A stretch of DNA of 64,000 bases from Eledone cirrhosa (taxonomy: Eukaryota): positions 21,886,001 to 21,950,000 of the forward strand of contig OZ024758.1 in assembly GCA_964016885.1 (NCBI GenBank), written 5' to 3'. The position numbers and the translations under genes are program-made. Positions 52,721 through 64,000 of the stretch are shown here, piece by piece (within the stretch, counting starts at the first letter, position 1; every line of letters starts with the position of its first letter). The notes below the pieces were generated by a model. The model saw only the letters and a program-made list of their open reading frames with translations. It was not told the DNA's origin and searched no databases.

Positions 52721-53219
52721 AAATACACCTATTGCCGGTATTATTATCGCAGTTATTGTTGCTGTCACTGCTATTATATTTTTTTTTTTTTTAATATTCT
52801 AAATTACATCTTCTCACGCTATAACCTTTTCTTGCTGTTTTCTATTTTCCACATAATCATATCTGTTTACATTGATTTGTTCAACTGCTTTCAAATCATG
52901 TGGTATATTATTCTGCTTAAAGTGTTTCGTGAAGAGTTCACTCACAATTCCTAAGATGTTTATCTACGCTATTTATGAACACATTGATAATTTTTTTACC
53001 AGAATGCAAAATTCACTATTTACGTCGCTGCCAATTGTCTCCCCTCTGGCGTTACTCTTTTTTATAAAACAATATATGTTAGTGTTCCTGATAATGTATT
53101 CCATATTTCCCCTTCTTTTTCTCTTCTTTCCCATTCTCGAAATTGCTCCATTAAAGGAGTCTGTGTATTAAAAACTTGTAACGTCACATATTTATGTAGA
53201 TATGAAAATATCTAGGCAG

Positions 53220-54179
53220 GTATGTATTTATGTATGTGTGTGTGTGTGTGTGTGTGTATGTGTGTGTGTGTGTGTGTGTGTGCGTGCGTATGTATGTATG
53301 TGTGTGTATGTGTGTGTGTATGTATGTATGTGTGTGTGTGCGTGTGTGTGTATTTATATAAATATGTATTATATATGTAGGTATGTATATATGTATGTAG
53401 GTATGTATGTATTTATATAAATATGTATTATATATGTAGGCGTGTGTGTATGTGTGTGTGTATGTATTATGTATGTGTGTGTGTGTATGTGTGTGTGCGT
53501 GTGTGTGTATTTATATAAATATGTATTATATATGTAGGTATGTATATATGTATGTAGGTATGTATGTATTTATATAAATATGTATTATATATGTAGGCGT
53601 GTGTGTATGTGTGTGTGTATGTATTATGTATGTGTGTGTATTTATATAAATATGTATTATATATGTAGGTGTGTGTGTATGTATGTATGTATGTGTGTGT
53701 GTGTATTTATATAAATATGTATTATATATGTAGGTATGTATATATGTATGTAGGTATGTATGTATTTATATAAATATGTATTATATATGTAGGTGTGTGT
53801 GTGTATGTATGTGTGTGTGTATGTATGTATGTGTGTATGTATGTGTGTATATATGTGTGTGTGTATGTATGTATGTGTGTGTGTATATGTATGTATGTAC
53901 GTATGTATGTATATAAATGTGTATATAAATATGCATGTAAATATGTATGTAAATATGTTGTATGTAAATATATATGTATGTATATATGTATGTAAATATA
54001 TATATAGATATATGTGTGTGTACGTATGTATGTTTGTATTTGCCTATCTATCTACATATATATTATATATATATGTGTGTACGTGTGTGGATGTGTGTGT
54101 GTGTTTGTTTGAGTGTGTGTGTGCGTGTCTATATATCTATGTATCTATATATGCATGCTGCGTAGAACTGCGTAGAGTA

Positions 54180-54214
<35 letters not shown>

Positions 54215-54780
54215 TGTAAAATATACGTGTGTAAGTAAATATACATTTGTATGGATGTAAATATATACCTGTATGAATAAAGCTACAAATCCTTGCCTGT
54301 CTGTCTGTTTGTGTGTATATATATGTGTGTATATACGTAAATGTATGCATGTATGTTTATATATATGTATATATGTATATTTGTAAATGTTTGTATGCAT
54401 ATATGTATGCATATATGTATGTAAATGTATGTTTGTGTGTATGTATATATGTAGGTAAATTTACGTTTGTATATATGTATGTATATATATATATGTATGT
54501 TATACGTACGTATGTATGTACATGTATATATATATATATATGTAGGTAAATGTATGTATATGCATATATATATATGTGTGTATATATATATGTATGTTAT
54601 ACGTATGTATGTACATGTATGTATGTATATATGTAGGTAAATGTATGTATATGTATATGTATATATATATATGTGTGTGTATATATGTAGGTAAATGTAT
54701 GTATATGTATATATATGTGTGTATATATGTATGAATGGTATATGTATGTGTTTATGTATGTGTGTATGTAAACATGTATC
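53220..54780. repeat. (TG)n/(TATG)n microsatellite field with local duplications
   Basis: Directly visible. Confidence 0.93.
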
Positions 54781-54876
54781 TGTTTGTCTTTTGTTGTGCT
54801 TTTTCTACATTTATGACACATCGTTTTCAAATTATATTCTTTCCGACAGTCTAAACAAAAGTGTCTTCGCAAGTGT

Positions 54877-55053
<177 letters not shown>

Positions 55054-55289
55054 CTGTGTGTGTTAACATACACACCATAAAATATATACTATAGAAAAAT
55101 ATTAACGTGCACACATACATACATAAGTATTCATATGTATTCAAATGTGTGTATATATGTATATGTATGTATATATATATATGTGTGTGTGTGTGAAAGC
55201 ATTTGTTGACAGAAAGGAAATTTCCCAAACAAAGACGGAAATTTAGGGAAAACTACAAAACATTACATACATACATACCCACACACACG

Positions 55290-55356
<67 letters not shown>

Positions 55357-55407
55357 TTCTAAATTCCAATGAGTTTGAATTCTTGCTTCGGAAGCGGTTC
55401 TTTCTCA

Positions 55408-55885
55408 GAGTTGAAATTAATGCATCACTCCTTCATAGGCTGACCAAGATACTCACATGGAATGACCAAATGAGGTTGATTTTTCAATATATTCTATAGA
55501 AAGAAACAATGCAGTTATTCGGAAGAAGAGTTGAAATTAATACATGCAAAATTTCACAGCTCTAGCATCACTCCTTCATAGTCAGCCTATGACCAAGATA
55601 CTCTCATGGAATGACCAAATGAGGTTTATTTTTCAACATATTCCATATAAGAAAATAAGGCAGTTACTAAGAAGAAGCGTTGAAATTAATGCATGGAAGA
55701 TTTCATAGCTCTAGCATCACTCCTTCATAGGCTGACCAAGATACTCTCATAGAATGACCAAATGAGGTGTTTTTTTTCAACATAGTCCCTGGAAAGAAAC
55801 AATGCAGTTATTAATAAGAAGAGTTGAAATTAATGCATGCAAGATTTCACAGCTCTAGCATCACTCCTTCATAGTCTGTCTATGA
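55408..55885. repeat. Diverged tandem repeat of about 145-150 bp, about 3.5 copies
   Basis: GTTGAAATTAATGCAT...AGCTCTAGCATCACTCCTTCATAG...GAATGACCAAATGAGG recurs. Confidence 0.88.
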
Positions 55886-56379
55886 CACCCTCTTAGTATA
55901 TTTAGTATATATTGGGAATGTTTAAAGACCTGTGAGTACATCGTTCGAAGTAATTCGGAGGAAGTGTGGCGTAACTTTGCTGTGTTATTTCTGTCTAAGT
56001 TAGTTATTTAAAGAACGACGAAAGATTCGTGATATGTTGAACATCAAATATTATCTGATCAAATAGATATAATTCTATCAGAGTCTTAGCAACATGTTCA
56101 CACATTCTATTTAGTTTGGTTTATTACTACTGAGTGAGATCAATGGTTCTACATTCTCTGTTACAATATCACTTTCTCCAGCGGAGACTGTGCCGAGTTT
56201 AGGACAAATGAAGCCCTGTGCTAGTTAAGTTATGAGGCCTCCTTACTTGGGCCCTGAAGGACGTAAAAAAGTAAGTGACATGAAGACGGGACCCTGTGCT
56301 TTAGCTCAGCTAACCACAGTTGTAAATAGATATATATATATATATGTAGATAGATAGGTAGGTAAATAGATAGATAGAT

Positions 56380-56703
56380 ATCTTTTGTTATTTGTCACAA
56401 GGGCGTACAAAAATGGGACATTACAAGACGTGACGGAGGGGTTTTACATAAAAATCATATAACTTTAACATTAATAAATAACAATAAACTATATATAAAA
56501 TAAAATAGCAATCGAAATCCCAGTAGGTGGAACGTTACTGCAGGGTTGTTTTACACCCGTGGATAGAACAACCTTCAGCACCAGAACACGTTTTGTAGGT
56601 GTTCCCATCTTCCCTCTGTTTATCTTCCTCAACCTACAGGTTTATATACAGAGAAGGCCTATTCACTCGGGTCATTTTCGCCACATTCACCCACCTTGTA
56701 GAT

Positions 56704-56774
<71 letters not shown>

Positions 56775-57913
56775 GATAGATAGAGAGAGAGAGAACGTGG
56801 TAGATAGATAGAGAGAGAGAGAACGTGGTAGATAGATATAGTGAGAAGGGGGTGGATAGATAGATAGATAGATAGATAATTTTCTTTTTATTTGCCACCA
56901 GGGCATCAAAAAGTGGGACAAGTACAATAGGGGGAGTTTACATAACAAGGCGTCCTCAATAAGGAGGAGGCAATAACAAAATATAAAAATAAAATAAAAT
57001 ATAACAAAATAAATTTTATAACAAAATCTTCAGTAGGGAGGAGGCGCCTTGGGGGGTCGCACACACCCCCGAAAAAAAGTGTGCAACCCTTCTCCTCAGG
57101 AGCACAGAGAGGGGGGTGCTCCCTTGATCTTTCATCTTCCTCACCTATAGTCTGATGTAGAGTGAAGGCCCATTCACACGGGCCATTCTCGCCACTTTCA
57201 CCCATAGATAGATAGATAGATAGATATGTTTCTTTTATTTGCCACCAGGGCATCAAAGTGGGACAAGTACAATGGGGGGAGTTTACAAAGCAAGGCGTCC
57301 TCAATAAGGAGGAGGCAATAACAATATATAAAAATAAAATAAAATATAAATTAAAAATATAACAAAAAATAAAATTTATAACAAAGTCTTCAATAGAGAT
57401 GAGGCGCCTTGGGGGGTCGCACACACCCCCGAAAAAAAGTGTGCAACCCTTTTCCTCAGCAGCACAGAGAAGGGGTGCTCCCTTGGTCTTTCATCCTCCT
57501 CACCTATAGTCTGATGTAGAGTGAAGGCCCATTCACACGGGCCATTCTCGCCACTTTCACCCATCTTTCATAAAAACGGCTGGGGTGCAGCACCTCTCTC
57601 TCCATCCTGATCCTTCTTCCGAAATGATATCGGAAGAAACGGACCAGTTGTTGGCCAGAGAGAAAGGTGTCTGACCTCAGTCCTTTCAGACGCGTCCACC
57701 ATACAACCTCTTTCGCCATGGCTATTACGCACAGAAACACCGCCTCTCCTTCGTTTTTGAAGAGGAGAGGCGGCTTGATCGTTACAATAGACTCGGTGGT
57801 CAACCGGATCGGTCCCACCCTTGATAGCAGTTGTTCGACATAGCCCCACAGATCGGCAATGCCCGAGCAGTGTACCAATGCGTGTGCAACGGTTTCCTCG
57901 TCGCACACGCATC

Positions 57914-57962
<49 letters not shown>

Positions 57963-58110
57963 TATGTCTTTATTTGCCAAAAGGGCGCACAAGGAAAGGG
58001 GACATATACAAAGACATATGGCGAGGATTTTTACATACAATCGTGTAAGAAAAAGTTTTAATATGAAAATATAACAATCGAAATCTCCAATAGGGGGCAG
58101 GCGTTACAAA
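56380..58110 (-). mobile_element. Head-to-tail stack of four 5'-truncated Tx1/L1-clade LINE ends in (GATA)n
   Basis: Copies at 56380-56702, 56878-57205, 57227-57912 and 57964-58110, each bounded by (GATA)n. Confidence 0.85.
57504..57912 (-). pseudogene. C-terminus of Tx1/L1-clade ORF2 (end of the CCHC zinc-knuckle region)
   Basis: CDEETVAHALVHC..IADLW...AKEVVWWTR...FYERW follows the C..E(T/S)xxHxxxxC and IWxxR..FxxxW pattern of L1/Tx1 ORF2 ends; open to its stop codon. Confidence 0.85.
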
Positions 58111-58329
58111 TGATATCACCACCAACACCACCACCAACACCACCACCACCACCACAACAACAACAATACCAACAACAACATACACAACTGTTCAAGACAT
58201 CATATCATTAACATATTTTACATGTTTGTTCAGTAAATTATATTCCAGATCTTTTTAGAATTATCTCAGTTTAACTTTCAAATTCAGTCACACTTTTTTT
58301 TTGTTTATTAAAATCTTTTGTAGGTTTTT

Positions 58330-59000
58330 TTTGGTGGGGGTTTTGTTTTTGTTGTTGTTGTTGGTTGTGTTGGTGGTGGTGTTGGTGGTGGTGTTGTTGG
58401 TTGTGGTGGTGGTGGTGGTGGTGGTGATGTTGGTGGTAGTGTTGGTGGTGGTGGTGTTGGTGGTGGTGATGGTGGTAGTGTTGGTGGTGGTGGTGGTGTT
58501 GGTGGTGTTGGTGATGGTGGTGGTGGTGATGGTGGTGTTGTCGGTGGTGGTGGAGTTGGGGGTTTTGTTGTTATTGTTGTTGTTGGTGGTGTAGTTGTTG
58601 GTGGTGGTGTTTGTGTTGTGTTGTTGTAATTGTTGATGGTGTTGTTGTTGGTGGTGGTAGTGGTGCTGTTGGTTTTGTTGTTTGTGTTGGTGTTGTTGTT
58701 GATGTTGATGGTGTTGTTGTTGCTACTGTTGTTGTTATTGTTGTTGTTGTTCCTGTTGCTACTGTTGTTGTTATTGTTGTTGATGTTCTTGTTGCTGCTG
58801 TTGTTGTTATTGTTGTTGATGTTCTTGTTGCTGCTGTTGTTGTTATTGCTACTGCTGTTGTTGTTGTTGTTTTTGTTATTTCTGTTGTTGTTATTGTTGT
58901 TGTTGTTGTTGTTGCTACTGTTGTTGTTGTTGTTATTGATACTGTTGTTGTTATTGTTGTCGTTGTTATTGCTACCGTTGTTGTTGTTGTTGTTGTTGTT
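58330..59000. repeat. (GGT)n/(GTT)n tract
   Basis: Directly visible. Confidence 0.95.
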
Positions 59001-59200
59001 AAAGAGACACAAGAAGCACTTAATATATTTCAATTCTGTCTAGTGACATGTTGCTTCGCAATTCAGCTTTTCTTGACAACCATTTTTCAAAACAATTTTA
59101 TATTTTATTATCTATGAAGAAGTATAAAAATTAGAAACCATTGACAATTATTATGATAGTTTTTTTTTAGTTTTTTTTAATGTGTATGTATGTGTGTGTT

Positions 59201-59234
<34 letters not shown>

Positions 59235-60087
59235 TCATCCTTATTGGAATTTTCTAAAATTTTTTCGGTATGGTTTACTACTGATATGTTTGCGTTTTTC
59301 CTTCATCTAGAATAGCATAATTTTGATATGGATACATGTGGGAGATATATATGCTGTTCACAAAATCGCCATAAAAGGATTATGACTTGAATTAGAATAT
59401 ATCTTAGCTTATTATAATACCAAGTTATCTTTGAGAGAAAGCGAGTCAATTCTGGAAAATCCCACCCTATTTCTTATTCAACTTTTTTTTGCTTTTTCAA
59501 AAGAGATTATACACAGTTTTTTTGTTTTTTTCTTTCAGTTGATATTGAAAGATCTTCTCTTAAATTTGATGATATTATACGGCGTTTCGTCTTAACTTAG
59601 TGGACAATAGAGACATCATACGACCTGATCTGAATTTTTTATGACATCATATTACAGCTTTTCTCTTGAACTTTGATATATATTGGATGACATCACTAAA
59701 TCTTGTATCACAGAATTCATCCATTCCTTTTCTTATAACAGACAAGATGATACATTCAAACGTAATATTTCTTTTTATTTTGTTCCATTTTTTCCATTGA
59801 AATACCATCTTCTGGGTTATTTAGAACCGTGAATATATGTTAACTTCCTAGTTCAATCAACAATTTTTGTGTGTCTTCAACCGAATATTGTAACCTCTCA
59901 GTAAGGTTACTCCTAATTCTTAACACCGTAGACCATTCATCTTCCTTTCAGACTTTTCTCATTCTTCTTACTTATCTATTCATACCATTCCTTCCCTCTT
60001 TCACCATCTCACCATTTCTTCGTTCCTCGGAAACCCTAGCTTTCATATTGATCTATATCTCAATCTATCTAGCTGTCTATCTACCTA

Positions 60088-60262
<175 letters not shown>

Positions 60263-60263
60263 G

Positions 60264-60348
<85 letters not shown>

Positions 60349-60431
60349 GTATATATATGTATGTATATATATATATATATATATACCTATCTATCAATCT
60401 ATTTATCCATATATCTCTCTCTCTCTATCTA

Positions 60432-60466
<35 letters not shown>

Positions 60467-60521
60467 TTATTTATTTATATATATATATCAATCTATTTAT
60501 CCATATCTCTCTATCTATCTA

Positions 60522-60589
<68 letters not shown>

Positions 60590-60936
60590 CCTATCTAGCC
60601 ACCCACCCACCTATCTATCTATCTATCTATTTATCTATTCCTTTCTTTCTTATTTCTTTCGTGTTTTCCTCTCTCCTCTGTTCTTTCCTTCCCTTTTCTA
60701 TCTTTCTTTCCCTCTCTCTTCTTTTCTAGCCCCTCTCTCTCTCTCTCTCTCTCTCTCTTCCCTCCCGCCATCTCTTTGGAAAATGGCTGACATAGAAATA
60801 AATAATATTGATGGCTATTAAAATCTAGAAAGAAGACATGAGGGAGTCGAGTCGTACAAGATATTAAGATATGAGGGTGGCGTCGGTGGGGGACGGAAGA
60901 TGAGGATAGATAGATAGAAATAGATAGAAATAGATA

Positions 60937-61370
60937 AATTTCTTTATTAGCCACAAGGGCACAAAAGAAGGGGACAAATACAAATGGGGAGTTTACATAC
61001 AGGTATATGAAAATAAAACTATTAATAAAATAACAAACAACAATTGAAATCCCCAATAGGGGATAGATAGACAGACAGACAGATAGATATATTTCTTTAT
61101 TAGCCACAAGGGCGCACAAGAAAAGGGGACAATACAAAAACACGTGTCGGGGGTTTTACAAACAGTCGTGTAAAAAATATAAAAACAAGCAATTACAACA
61201 AACAATTACAACAGTAAAAACAAACAATTACAACGAAATCCCCAATAGGGGGGAGGCCCCACAAATGGGTTGTTTAATACCTCGTCGATAGAACAACCCT
61301 CAACTCCAGGAGCGTGTTGAGCAAGTGCTCCTTTCTTCCTTTTGCTCTCTTCTTCAACCTACAGGCTTAT

Positions 61371-61411
<41 letters not shown>

Positions 61412-61520
61412 TTTCTTTTTATTTGCCACCAGGGCATCAAAAAGTGGGACAAGTACAATGGGGGGAGTTTACATAACAAGGCGTCCTCAATAAGGAGGAG
61501 GCAATAACAAGATATAAAAT
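60937..61520 (-). mobile_element. Three more Tx1-like 3' ends in (GATA)n
   Basis: Copies at 60937-61062, 61092-61371 and 61408-61520 match the tails at 31552, 56380 and 56878. Confidence 0.8.
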
Positions 61521-62529
61521 AGATAGATAGATATATAATCAGAAAGATAGATAGATAGACACACGCACACATACATATATATATATAGAGAGAGAGAGAG
61601 GGGAGGTGGGGGGACATAGATAGATATATAAATATATATATGGATAGACAGATAGTTAGATAAGTCGGTAGATAAATGGATATATAGATAGATGAATGGA
61701 CAGAACGGTGACTAGAGTGACAGGGACAGAGAAACAAACAGAAGGCGAAATGAAAATAGCAAGATCACTGGTGCTACATGTGTATATGTGTATGAGTATA
61801 TGTGTGGGTGTGTGTGTATGTGTATTTGACTGATTGAGTAAACATGTTGTGGGAGAGAGAGAGAGAGAGAGAGAGAGAAACAGAAAGATTTACTGGAAGA
61901 AAAATGAAAGAAAGACACAAAGAATAACTAAATACGTTCTTAAAGAGACAAGATAAAATGTGTGAATGTCTGAGTGGGTGAGTGTGTGTGTCTGTGAATA
62001 TCTGGGAATGTCTGTGTGTGTGTCTGTGTTTGTGTGTGAATGTGCGTGTGTGTCTGTGAATATCTGTGAATGTCTGTGTGTGTGTCTGTATGTGAATGTG
62101 TGTGTGTGTGTGTCTGTGTGTATATGTGTTTGTGTGTGTGTGTGTGTCTGTGTGTATATGTGTGTGTATATGTGCGTGTGTGTGTCTGTATGTGTGTGTG
62201 TGTGTGTGTGTGTGAATGTGCGTGTGTGTCTGTGTGTGTTTGTGTATGAATGTCTGTGCGTGTGTCAGTGAGTCTGTGTCAGTGTGTGTATGAATGTCTG
62301 TGTGTGTGTTTGTGTGTGTGTGTGTGAGCTTGTGTGTCTGTGTGCAACTGTGTCAGTGTGTCTGTGTGTGAATGAACGAATGAGTGGGTGAGTTTTAGGA
62401 TGAGTGGGCGAATGAGTGAGTGATTGAGTGGGTCAGTGAAGGATGGAGGTAGGGATGAGTGGCTGAGTGACGACTGAGTGACGAGTGAGTGGATGAGTGG
62501 GTGGGTGAGTGGGTGGCTGCTGAGTGATG

Positions 62530-63125
62530 TGTGAGTGGGTGAGTGAGTGAGTGAATCAGTGTTAGAGTGAGTGGGTGAGTGAGTGAGTGAATCAGTGCTA
62601 GAGTGAGTGGTTGAGTGAGTGAGTGAATCAGTGTTAGAGTGAGTGGGTGAGTGAGTGAGTGAGTGAATCAGTGTTAGGGTGAGTGGGTGAGTGAGTGAGT
62701 GAGTGAATCAGTGTTAGAGTGAGTGGGTGAGTGAGTGAGTGAATCAGTGCTAGAGTGAGTGGTTGAGTGAGTGAGTGAATCAGTGTTAGAGTGAGTGGGT
62801 GAGTGAGTGAGTGAGTGAATCAGTGTTAGGGTGAGTGAGTGAGTGAGTGAATCAGTGTTAGAGTGAGTGGGTGAGTGAGTGAGTGAATCAGTGTTAGGGT
62901 GAGTGGGTGAGTGAGTGAGTGAGTGAGTGAATCAGTGTTAGAGTGAGTGGGTGAGTGAGTGAGTGAATCAGTGTTAGGGTGAGTGGGTGAGTGAGTGAGT
63001 GAATCAGTGTTAGAGTGAGTGGGTGAGTGAGTGAGTGAATCAGTGTTAGAGTGAGTGGGTGGGTGAGTGAGTGAGTGAGTGAGTGAATCAGTGTTAGAAT
63101 GAGTGGGTGAGTGAGTGAATCAGTG
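62530..63125. repeat. 32-40-bp VNTR GAATCAGTGTTAGAGTGAGTGGGT(GAGT)n
   Basis: About 17 units. Confidence 0.93.
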
Positions 63126-63561
63126 AGTGGCTGAGTGATAAGTGATTCATGAGTGATGAGTGAGTATTTCAGTGATGAGTGGAGTATATGTGTGAGTGTG
63201 TCTGAGTGTGAACGAAACCAAGAAATAAAACGATTAAAGAAAGAGAGAAAGTAAGGATAAAGGAAGAAGGAAGGAAGGAAGGAAGAAAAGAAAAAATATA
63301 GAAAGAAAACAAACAAATAGATAAATAAAAGAAAGAAAGAAAGAAAGAAAGAGGCAATGATTTGGTAAAAAAGATTGTTAAAGAGACGAGACAAAGTCAT
63401 GTGGATATTTGAGTCAAAGACAAAATATCAGTCCTGACAATATCATGAAAGACGAAGTTTTAACTAAACCACATAAAAAGATATATATATATATATGTGT
63501 GTGTGTTTGTGTATGTGTGTGTGTGTGTGTGTGTGTGTTTTTATATTTATACATACATATA

Positions 63562-63610
<49 letters not shown>

Positions 63611-64000
63611 ATATATATATATATGTATGTATATGTATATATTTGTATATATTAATATATGTCTATGTATATTGCAAACTCCATGGATTACTCGTATGTG
63701 GAGCTTGACCGCGGAATCAACTACCATCCTAGGAGTTTACCAACCCTTCAACCACATCTTCTTACGGAATCACCTTTATAACTCACCCACACACACACCC
63801 CAAAAAAAATTTTTTTTAGCACACGCCACCTACAACCACAACACGCTTAAACCCCACACACACGTGCTTTCCACCACATATTTACACCTTCAGCCTCCGG
63901 ATTCCTCTCCCCCCACCTCTCTATCCACACACGCACACACAGTCCGACCTACACCCCACCCCACACACACCTCTTCCTGAACATGCAACCCCGTTCTTCC

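Noticed and set aside
59575-59635. Hammerhead-like GTC...GACGAAAC on the minus strand
   Set aside because: The core reads CGTATGA and no stem I pairing is evident.

Overview
AT-rich animal intronic or intergenic DNA. The SINE families, extreme microsatellite load and base composition point to a cephalopod, most likely Octopus (inference). No complete protein-coding gene is visible, and almost all ORFs in the track are translations of (TA)n, (TG)n, (GA)n or (GTT)n repeats. The window holds about 20 copies of a tRNA-head SINE with a Deu/Nin-like body and several CORE-type SINEs. It also holds two satellites amplified from the CORE-SINE 3' half, Tx1/L1-clade LINE 3' ends stacked in (GATA)n, a 5'-inverted RTE fragment, Tc1/mariner remnants, a MITE, several VNTRs and a few candidate short exons. 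The most striking signal is a dense set of minimal type I hammerhead ribozyme motifs (CTGANGA-stem II-GAAA-short palindromic stem III-UH, closed by stem I). About ten have complete or near-complete cores and more are decayed. They belong to several sequence families of short non-coding elements that sit in (TA)n tracts and often form long fold-back palindromes, a Penelope-pLTR/retrozyme-like mini-element system. All folds were read by eye and none has been computed or tested.
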